DNA of 64,000 nucleotides from Acidimicrobiales bacterium (GTDB lineage Bacteria; Actinomycetota; Acidimicrobiia; Acidimicrobiales; SZUA-35): NCBI GenBank assembly GCA_047638695.1, contig JBLINY010000012.1, positions 1,559 to 65,558 of the forward strand, read 5' to 3'. Shown piece by piece: positions 56,514 to 64,000 of this stretch (position 1 is its first letter; each line of letters starts with the position of its first letter). The notes under the pieces were generated by a model. It saw only the letters and a program-made list of their open reading frames with translations, ran no database searches and was not told where the DNA came from. The position numbers and the translations under genes were made by a program.

Positions 56514-59489
56514 CTACCGAGTCTTCGCCCGGGTCATTTGTTGGAAGAGGTCGCTCGCCTCGAAATCCGACCTCGGCATCGGGCGGCCGTAGTAGTAGCC
56601 CTGAGCCCGAGTGCAGCCCATCCCGAGCAAGCTTTTGCCCTGCTCAATGGTTTCGACGCCTTCGGCAACAAGGTCGAGTCCCAGTGCGTTGGCCAGGCTG
56701 ATAATTGACTTCACGATGGCGATGTCGTTGCTGTCGGTTGGGAGACCATCGACGAAGCTCCGGTCGATCTTCAGAATGTCCACCGGGAAAAGTTTCAGAT
56801 AGGACAGCGACGAGTAGCCGGTTCCAAAGTCGTCCACTGCCAGTGTCGGCCCAAGGTCGCGCAGTTCTTGGAGAACCTTCAGTGACGCTTCGGCATCAGC
56901 CATCAGCACGCTCTCGGTGATCTCGAGGCACAGGCCCGCTGGGTCCGCCCCGGTTGCTTCGAGCGCAGCGACGACGCGGTCGACGATGTCTCGCTCGGTT
57001 AGTTGGTGGGCCGACAGGTTCACCCGCACGGTCAACCCGGCCGTGGCCGGGTTGCTTTGCCACTCATGCAGAACGGTGCACGCTTCGTGCATGACGAAGT
57101 CGCCGATCTCGGAGATTACGCCACAGTCTTCGGCGATCGAGATGAACTCGCCAGCCGCCAGCAATCCTCGGTCTGGGTGGAACCAACGCACCAAGGCTTC
57201 TCCGCCCAGCAACGCGCCGGTCGCGAGGTCTACTTCGGCCTGGAAGAAGGGTTCGAGCTGGTTGTTCAGCAACGCTCGTCGAAGCTCGGCTTCGGTTCGG
57301 ATGCGTTCGCCGGGAAGGTACTCAACGTCCGGCGAGAAGACTGCGGCCCGATTGCGGCCAGCCTCCTTGGCCTGGTACATCGCCGCGTCGGCACGCGAGA
57401 TCGCCAGTTCGACATCGTCACTGTCGAGAAAGGCGATACCCATGCTCACCGAGACGTAGAGCTCGTGTTCGTCGATGGTGAACGGAGGCACGAGGCTCGC
57501 CCGGATGCGTTCGCTGACGCCCAGAGCCTGTTCTACGTCGATTGGTCCATCGACCACGATGACGAACTCATCCCCGCCAAAGCGAGCGACCATGTTGCCC
57601 GATCGGACCGATTGGACGAGTCGCTCGGCGACCTGCTTGATCAGCTTGTCGCCGACGCCATGCCCGAGCGAATCGTTCACGACCTTGAATCGATCAACAT
57701 CGAGGAATATCACTGCCGGCCGCTCAGCGTCCTGCCAGCTGAGCATCTGCTCGAGGTGGTCGTTGAGCGCTGTGCGGTTGGCTAGACCGGTGAGCGGGTC
57801 GTGGTGGGCCTGGTGCAGCAACTGAGCTTGTGTGGCCCGTCTCGCGCTGTCATCGACGGCCACCATGATGACGCCATCGTTTTCGTTGGCATCGTTCGTT
57901 TGTGGCACGGCTGCGACTCGCAGCCAATGGGCGCCTTCATGTCCGCGCGGCGCCCAGTCGAAGTGGCGCGGTCGGCCCGAGGCCATTACTCGGCGGACCT
58001 CCATTGCCAGCTGGTTGGCTGCCTCCGGGGGCAGGTTGTCAACGTTCGTTCCGACCAGCTCATGGCGCGTCCATCCGACCTTGGTCACCGAGGGAGAGGC
58101 GTAGGTGATGTTCAGAGCCTCGTCGATCATCATGGTGATCGCCGGCGAGTTCTCGACCAGGTCGCGGAAACGTTGCTGTGAGGCCTCTAAGGCCTTTTCG
58201 CGGTGGTCGGCCGAAGTCAGGTCCTCGACGTGAGAGAGAATGAGCAGCTCATCTTTCGAGAGGCCGCCGACTCGCTTGGCATTCACTCGTCCAAGGGCTG
58301 TCGAACCGTCCTTGCGAGTGAACTCCATGCGATCCACGGTGAAGGTGCCGAGTTCGTCGACGGTGCGCGGGATGTTGTCTGCCACCGAGGCATCGCTGTT
58401 GGACACAACGCCTGTCGAGGCGACCCCGATCATCTCGGCTGGAGAGTCGTATCCGAGGAAGTCGGCGTACGCCTGGTTGGCGGCGAGCAAGGTTGAGTCG
58501 TTGGACCGAACGCTGATGCCGACCGGTGCATCATCGAACGCCACATCCAGGTAGATCTGAGCTTCGATGCGGGCGTAGAGGCCGGCCAGAAGTGAGCTGA
58601 TGGCGCCAAGCGTTTGCGCTTCTCGGTCAGACCAGGTGCGGTCGGACGAGGCTGAGAGCGCGAGAACGTCGGGGGATTGCCCCGTTCGGGCGACCGGGAC
58701 GAGAGCAAGCGAGCCCATGTCGGGGTCATGCATCACGGTCCAGCGGTCGATGGTCGCTCCGATGTCGACCAGGCGTTGCATGGTCTGCGCTTCGTCTTCG
58801 AGCGGGAGGTCGCTCCACAATTCGTGTCGTCGAAGCGTCGCTGCTGCGTGCGGTTTTTCTGTCAGGCTCACCAACCGACACCCGAACTGTTCGCCGATCG
58901 ACTGCAGGGCGGCCCTGGTTGCCTCCGCCACCGATGCGGGTGTCACATCGATGAACCGGGCCGAGGTGCTGGCGACCAGATCGTCCAGCAGTCGTTGCTT
59001 GTCGAGGTCGAAACGGTCGGTGACATCCTCGAGGTAGCCGAGAAGGAAAATGACCTCCCCGTCTGCCGAGCGGAGCGGATGGAACGTGGCGTCAGCGAAC
59101 ACGCTGGTGCCGTCGGGACGCTCATAGCGAATGTTTTTCTGCGGGGCCATCGGCTGGCGGGGGTCGATGAGACCGGTCTCAACCGTTTCCAGCCTGGTCT
59201 TTTCGACGGTTTGCAGTACGTCGCTGATATTGCTGCCCCTTAGCTGCGAGAGCCGTCGACCGGTGAAGGATTCGTACGCCTCGTTGGCCCAGACCAGCCG
59301 CAACTCGCTGTCCCGGAGGGCGATTGGAAGCGGCGCACCCACGAGGGCCGATGTGGCCCAGTGGAGTGCCTCGGGGCGCGCAAGCATCTCGCCCAACATG
59401 GGATCGAGATCGGGTTGCGAAACAACCGCCGAATGAGTGCTCCTCGCCACATCTTCATTCTCGGCCGGATGGTTCTGGGAATAAGGCAC
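56514..59489 (-). CDS. PAS/GAF-GGDEF-EAL cyclic-di-GMP enzyme
   Basis: Three PAS-like segments; HDPLTGLANR, RFGGDEF, EALVRW, DDFGTGYSSL, AEGVET; start uncertain. Confidence 0.93.
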   Translation of the reverse strand: MPYSQNHPAENEDVARSTHSAVVSQPDLDPMLGEMLARPEALHWATSALVGAPLPIALRDSELRLVWANEAYESFTGRRLSQLRGSNISDVLQTVEKTRLETVETGLIDPRQPMAPQKNIRYERPDGTSVFADATFHPLRSADGEVIFLLGYLEDVTDRFDLDKQRLLDDLVASTSARFIDVTPASVAEATRAALQSIGEQFGCRLVSLTEKPHAAATLRRHELWSDLPLEDEAQTMQRLVDIGATIDRWTVMHDPDMGSLALVPVARTGQSPDVLALSASSDRTWSDREAQTLGAISSLLAGLYARIEAQIYLDVAFDDAPVGISVRSNDSTLLAANQAYADFLGYDSPAEMIGVASTGVVSNSDASVADNIPRTVDELGTFTVDRMEFTRKDGSTALGRVNAKRVGGLSKDELLILSHVEDLTSADHREKALEASQQRFRDLVENSPAITMMIDEALNITYASPSVTKVGWTRHELVGTNVDNLPPEAANQLAMEVRRVMASGRPRHFDWAPRGHEGAHWLRVAAVPQTNDANENDGVIMVAVDDSARRATQAQLLHQAHHDPLTGLANRTALNDHLEQMLSWQDAERPAVIFLDVDRFKVVNDSLGHGVGDKLIKQVAERLVQSVRSGNMVARFGGDEFVIVVDGPIDVEQALGVSERIRASLVPPFTIDEHELYVSVSMGIAFLDSDDVELAISRADAAMYQAKEAGRNRAAVFSPDVEYLPGERIRTEAELRRALLNNQLEPFFQAEVDLATGALLGGEALVRWFHPDRGLLAAGEFISIAEDCGVISEIGDFVMHEACTVLHEWQSNPATAGLTVRVNLSAHQLTERDIVDRVVAALEATGADPAGLCLEITESVLMADAEASLKVLQELRDLGPTLAVDDFGTGYSSLSYLKLFPVDILKIDRSFVDGLPTDSNDIAIVKSIISLANALGLDLVAEGVETIEQGKSLLGMGCTRAQGYYYGRPMPRSDFEASDLFQQMTRAKTR

Positions 59490-59581
59490 TAGTCCCTGAG
59501 TCGCCGCCGTGGGGTTCCAACGGCCGGCTTGTTTGGCCGTCGTGACCTGGGCGTTCGCCGTCCGGGTAACGTTTGCGATTC

Positions 59582-60412
59582 ATGACGCATCTCCTTGACT
59601 TCTCGGGCCTTACCGTCGTCGTTACTGGGGCCGCTTCGGGGATGGGTCGTGAAACGGTTCGGCTTCTTCTCGATGCCGGGGCATCGATCCATACGGTCGA
59701 TATCGATCCGGTTGAGGCCACGGTGGCGGGGACACATGCGTGCGATCTCGCTGAGCCTTCCTCGGTCGATCAGCTTGTCGAGGCACTGCCAAGCAAGATT
59801 GATGTGCTCATGAATTGCGCCGGGGTTCCCAACGGGGGTCGGTTCACTCCCGAGATGGTGATGCGAGTGAACTGGCTTGGGCTCCGCCGGCTCACCGAGA
59901 GCGTGCTGCCCCGTATGGGTCCACGGGGCGCGGTGGTACATATTGCGTCGACCGCTGGTCGAGCATGGCCAGAACGCCTTGCCGCCCATCAACAGCTGAT
60001 GGCTGCGGAGAGTTTCGACGCCGGACTGGCCTGGGTTCTCAACCACCCAGACATGGTCGGCGACGGCTATGCCTTTTCGAAGGAAGCCGTGCAGTTCTAC
60101 ACACTGTGGCGCTCTGTCCAGTTGTTGCCAACCGGCATCAGGATGAACAGCGTGTGTCCCGGCATCACCGATACCGGCATCATCAGCGACTTCCGCAAAG
60201 GCATGGGTGACGACGTAATCGACTCTGCCGAGGCAATCGCCGGAAGAATGGCGCAGCCCAGTGAAATGGCGCCGGCGATGCTGTTCCTGGCCGACTACGA
60301 ATCGTCGAGCTACATCAATGGGATCAACCTCAACGTCGATCGCGGAACAGGCGCAGCGCGTCTCTCGGAGCAGATCGATCCTGCGGCTATTTGGGGATCG
60401 CAGCCGCAGTAG
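59582..60412 (+). CDS. SDR (coniferyl-alcohol/3-alpha-hydroxysteroid DH-like)
   Basis: TGAASGMG, NCAG, YAFSK. Confidence 0.9.
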   Translation: MTHLLDFSGLTVVVTGAASGMGRETVRLLLDAGASIHTVDIDPVEATVAGTHACDLAEPSSVDQLVEALPSKIDVLMNCAGVPNGGRFTPEMVMRVNWLGLRRLTESVLPRMGPRGAVVHIASTAGRAWPERLAAHQQLMAAESFDAGLAWVLNHPDMVGDGYAFSKEAVQFYTLWRSVQLLPTGIRMNSVCPGITDTGIISDFRKGMGDDVIDSAEAIAGRMAQPSEMAPAMLFLADYESSSYINGINLNVDRGTGAARLSEQIDPAAIWGSQPQ

Positions 60413-61895
60413 CGGCGGCACGGCCCGCATCTCGTACATTGCCATCAGTCGTGGCCAGCGCTGCGAAATCGGGAATCGGCCTGGCCATCGCGGCATCGGC
60501 GGTGAAGACCGTCTCGAGCGCAGCAGCGATGCTGAGCGTGCGATGGTCGCCGTACATCGGGCCGACCACCTGGAGGCCAAACGGAAGACCAAAGGAGTCG
60601 AGGCCGCACGGGAGGGCAGTCACTGGGTGACCAATCACGGTGATCGACGCGGTCAGGGCTAGCCATGCCATGTAATTGTCGATGGGAGCGCCGTCTACTT
60701 CGCGCGGATACAGGTCGTTCCACAGGAACGGAGACACACTGACACCGGGACACAGGATGACATCGAACTGCTCATAGAGGGTCTGGAACGCTTGGAAGAG
60801 ATCGATCTGTAACCGTCGGGCTTTGCCGATGTCTTCGACCGGAGTTTGGAGCGCTGTGTTGTACGAGGCCCGAATGTTGGGGTTGAAACCCTCGTCCCAG
60901 TGCTCGACATCGCGGTGGTATTGGGCGACGAAGACATCGCTGCGGATTCGCCAGTCGACCTCAGCGGCGGCCGTGAGATCGACGGGTGCCGGTTCAAGCC
61001 GACCCACCAGGGGAGCGATGCGCTCGAGTCGGTCGCGGAAGGTGTGCCGTATCGATTCCGACACCAGGACGCCACCGAGGTCTTCGGTGAATCCGACGCG
61101 AAGCTCCTTGAGGTCGACATCTTCGAGCTGGGCCAGAGCGGGTGCATCGAGCGGAAAGGCCATTGGATCGCGGAACCCCGAGGGGTCTGGTTGGCGGCCA
61201 GCGACGACCGAAAGCAACAGTGCGGTGTCGGCGACCGTACGACCCATAGGCCCCTGCACCGAATAGAAGGTTTGGGTGATGCTGCGAGCTTCGTGTGGCA
61301 CTACGCCGGGGCTTGATCGGTGGCCGACGACCCCGCAATAGCAGGCCGGAATCCGCAGGCTGCCGCCGTGGTCGCTTCCCGTTGCTAGCGGCGCCATCTC
61401 GGTGGCGAGCGCCACGGCGGATCCACCCGATGAGCCACCACACGTTCGGTCGACGTCGAAAGGGTTGCCGGTTGCGCCGAACAGCCGGTTGAGTGTGTTG
61501 GCGCCGATCGAGTACTCGGGGATGTTCGTCTTGCCGATAACGATGCCGCCGGCGGCACGAACCTTGGCCACGATGCCTGCATCTTCGGCAGGGACGTTGT
61601 CGGCCATGGCCACGCTGCCAAATGTTGTGGTGATGCCCTCCGTGGGCTGCAGGTCTTTGATTGCCACGGGCAAACCGTGCAGCGGACCGAGCTCGTCCCC
61701 TCGGGAAACGGCAGTCTCGGCGTCGGCTGCTTCGGCTCGGGCTCGCTCATCGGCCCGGGTGACCATGGCGTTTACGGCCGGGTCGATGCGATCGGTTTGA
61801 GCCAGACAGGACTCGAGGAGCTCGACAGGTGAGAGCTGCCCGGCTCCGATAAGCGAACGGGCCTCGACGGCAGATAGCTGATGTGGCTCTGGCAT
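60387..61895 (-). CDS. Amidase (amidase-signature family)
   Basis: GPLHGLPVAIKD, CGGSSGGS, GSDHGGSLRIPA. Confidence 0.93.
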   Translation of the reverse strand: MPEPHQLSAVEARSLIGAGQLSPVELLESCLAQTDRIDPAVNAMVTRADERARAEAADAETAVSRGDELGPLHGLPVAIKDLQPTEGITTTFGSVAMADNVPAEDAGIVAKVRAAGGIVIGKTNIPEYSIGANTLNRLFGATGNPFDVDRTCGGSSGGSAVALATEMAPLATGSDHGGSLRIPACYCGVVGHRSSPGVVPHEARSITQTFYSVQGPMGRTVADTALLLSVVAGRQPDPSGFRDPMAFPLDAPALAQLEDVDLKELRVGFTEDLGGVLVSESIRHTFRDRLERIAPLVGRLEPAPVDLTAAAEVDWRIRSDVFVAQYHRDVEHWDEGFNPNIRASYNTALQTPVEDIGKARRLQIDLFQAFQTLYEQFDVILCPGVSVSPFLWNDLYPREVDGAPIDNYMAWLALTASITVIGHPVTALPCGLDSFGLPFGLQVVGPMYGDHRTLSIAAALETVFTADAAMARPIPDFAALATTDGNVRDAGRAAATAAAIPK

Positions 61896-61906
61896 GGCGC
61901 CCGACC

Positions 61907-62437
61907 CTACTTCTCCTGTTGCGGCTGAAGGAGGCCGACGATCTCGGCTGCGATGTGGTGTGGCGGGCGGCCATCAGTTTCGACTCGACGGAACCGGGCA
62001 TATCCCGCTGCCCGTTCAGCCAGAAGGTTCCGGACCCGGGCTTGTGGATCGTCGCCGGCCAGAAGCGGTCGGGTTGGGCCATCGTGATCGGCAAGGACTC
62101 GTCGAAGGATCTCGTCGAGAGAGGCGTGAAGACAGAACACGTCCCCGGTTGTTTCGAGCGCGCGAGCGTTGCCGTCGTCGAGCATCAGCCGCCCGCCGGT
62201 AGAGATGACGAGGTCGCTCTGCCCGGCCAGCTCGGCCGCCACGTCAGACTCATAGCGGCGGAATCCCGCCTCGCCCTGGCGCTCGAAGATCTCAGGGATG
62301 GGCCCGTGGCGTTCGATGATGATCTGGTCGGTGTCTATGAAGCGGTGGCCCAGCAACCCTGCCACGGCGCGGCCGACGGTGGTCTTGCCGGTTCCCATGA
62401 AACCGGTGAGGATCACGTTGCGGCCCATCAGCACCAT
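61907..62437 (-). CDS. aroK: Shikimate kinase
   Basis: [29 protein letters not shown]. Confidence 0.93.
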   Translation of the reverse strand: MVLMGRNVILTGFMGTGKTTVGRAVAGLLGHRFIDTDQIIIERHGPIPEIFERQGEAGFRRYESDVAAELAGQSDLVISTGGRLMLDDGNARALETTGDVFCLHASLDEILRRVLADHDGPTRPLLAGDDPQARVRNLLAERAAGYARFRRVETDGRPPHHIAAEIVGLLQPQQEK

Positions 62438-62451
62438 TCTATTCTCTGGAC

Positions 62452-62895
62452 GTGGCGCGCCAGATCTTGATGCTCAACGGTCCCAATTTGAATCTGCTCG
62501 GAACCCGGGAGCCCGACGTGTATGGCACCGAGACCCTGGCTGACATCGTGGCCGCCCTACGCTCTCATGCCGCGGCCAGCGACGCCGAGCTACGCGACGT
62601 TCAATCGAACGCCGAGGGCGCGTTGATCGACGCGCTCCACGAGGCCAAAAGCTGGGCCGACGGTGTCGTTTTCAACCCCGGGGCCTATACCCACTACAGC
62701 ATCGCGCTGCGCGACGCGGTGTCATCGATCGAGCTGCCGGTTGTCGAAGCCCACCTCTCGAACATTCACGCTCGCGAGGAGTTCCGGCATCACTCGGTGC
62801 TTTCAGCCGTTTGTCTCGGTGTGGTGGCCGGATTCGGCCGCGACAGCTATTTCCTTGCCCTCGACGGGCTGCTGCGCCACCTCGACCGAGCCTGA
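62452..62895 (+). CDS. aroQ: Type II 3-dehydroquinate dehydratase
   Basis: [43 protein letters not shown]. Confidence 0.97.
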   Translation: MARQILMLNGPNLNLLGTREPDVYGTETLADIVAALRSHAAASDAELRDVQSNAEGALIDALHEAKSWADGVVFNPGAYTHYSIALRDAVSSIELPVVEAHLSNIHAREEFRHHSVLSAVCLGVVAGFGRDSYFLALDGLLRHLDRA

Positions 62896-62942
62896 TGCTC
62901 CCCCCCTCGTAGTCCGCCCCTCCGAGCACACGCCCGATCGGT

Positions 62943-63998
62943 TTAGCCGCGGATCTCGGCAAGGATGCCGGCCAAGATGGTGTGCTCGTCTGGGTTGGTG
63001 ACCGCGGTCGAGAACTCGATGCGATCAATGAGACCTTCGTAGCGGTCGACCAGCTGCGACCCAATGGTGTCGAAGGTGCCGATGGTGGCGACGGTGTGCA
63101 GCATGTCGTCGTCGACAACCTTGACGAGATCGTCCCACTTCTGAGCTTTCGAGAGCTTCGCCGCCTCATCAGCCCGGTCGCCCCAATCATGGCTCTCCCA
63201 CGCTCGGCGATAGGCGGGGGTCGAGAGGTAGAACGCGGCACGAGCTCGAACGGTCTCGGCCACCTTGGCCAGAGTCTCCTCGTCGGGGGCCGAACCGACC
63301 AACGGCTTGAGGCAGATGTCGACGTCGCTGAGTGTCTTCCCAGAGCGCGCTGCCCCACGAGCAACCGCGGGTCGAACCTCCTCATCGATGAACTTGGGCG
63401 TGCACACCGGGTGAAGGCGAACTCCATCGGCGACTTCGCCCGCTACCGCACACATATTCGGCCCGATCGCGGCGATCGTGATTGGGATCCGCGGATGATC
63501 TATTGGCCCCGGGTCGAACAGCGGAACCATCAGATTGATGTTGTAGTGCTCGCTCTCGAAGTTGAGGTCTGCTCCCGTCTGCCAGTTGTCCCAGACCGCG
63601 CGCATAGCCAGCACGTAGTCGCGCATCCAAGGTGCGGGGGCATGCCACTCCATGCCGTATCGGCGGCGGACATGACCTCGGACCTGTGAACCGAGCCCCA
63701 GTGAGAACCGGCCCTTTGACAGCTTCTGCAGCGACCAAGCCGACATGGCGGTGATGGTGGGACTTCGGGGGAAGGCCATGGCCACCGATGTGCCGAGTCC
63801 CAACCTTGATGTTGTCGTCGCTCCGAGCGCCAGGAGTTGGTACGGATCGTCTTTGGTTTCCTCGACCAAGACGGCGTCATAGCCGAGCGATTCGACGACG
63901 GCAGCGCCGGCTGCGAACTCGCCGATATCGAGCTGGACATCGGGGGCGCGAAGCCCGGGGTCGAGCTTGCCGAGCGGGAGGAGGGTCTCTAGTTTCAC
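62943..63998 (-). CDS. LLM-class, probably F420-dependent oxidoreductase
   Basis: ETKDDPY, GTSVAMAFPRSP, SKGRFSLGLGSQV; start close to the window edge. Confidence 0.88.
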   Translation of the reverse strand: MKLETLLPLGKLDPGLRAPDVQLDIGEFAAGAAVVESLGYDAVLVEETKDDPYQLLALGATTTSRLGLGTSVAMAFPRSPTITAMSAWSLQKLSKGRFSLGLGSQVRGHVRRRYGMEWHAPAPWMRDYVLAMRAVWDNWQTGADLNFESEHYNINLMVPLFDPGPIDHPRIPITIAAIGPNMCAVAGEVADGVRLHPVCTPKFIDEEVRPAVARGAARSGKTLSDVDICLKPLVGSAPDEETLAKVAETVRARAAFYLSTPAYRRAWESHDWGDRADEAAKLSKAQKWDDLVKVVDDDMLHTVATIGTFDTIGSQLVDRYEGLIDRIEFSTAVTNPDEHTILAGILAEIRG

Positions 63999-64000
63999 CG

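Overview
High-GC window with an actinobacterial gene set, most like Acidimicrobiia (inferred from F420-type LLM enzymes, a nicotinoprotein ADH and many leaderless starts). It is mostly catabolic genes: a meta-cleavage dioxygenase with hydrolases, four acyl-CoA dehydrogenases, two TauD dioxygenases, a P450, LLM oxidoreductases, amidases, MFS/ABC transporters, ribH, aroK and aroQ. I saw no rRNA, tRNA, CRISPR array or classical transposase. The best candidate for an undescribed system is an orphan AbiEi-N/DUF559 (Vsr-like nuclease) gene at about 33566-34597. It is bracketed by two 104-bp nested palindromes with the same architecture (33391-33494 and 34555-34658). Related stand-alone 41-bp hairpins lie at 14049 and 38164, which is reminiscent of REP/RAYT. 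Other notable items: (1) short tandem duplications anchored on stop codons, three of them next to these palindromes; (2) a T7SS-like small protein paired with an RTX-repeat/M91 metallopeptidase whose N-terminal DNA has a different composition; (3) an ECF sigma/anti-sigma locus whose upstream secreted protein shares the anti-sigma's extracellular domain; (4) a methyltransferase frameshifted by an 8-bp repeat; (5) several decayed genes. All family calls are by motif recognition; no searches were run.
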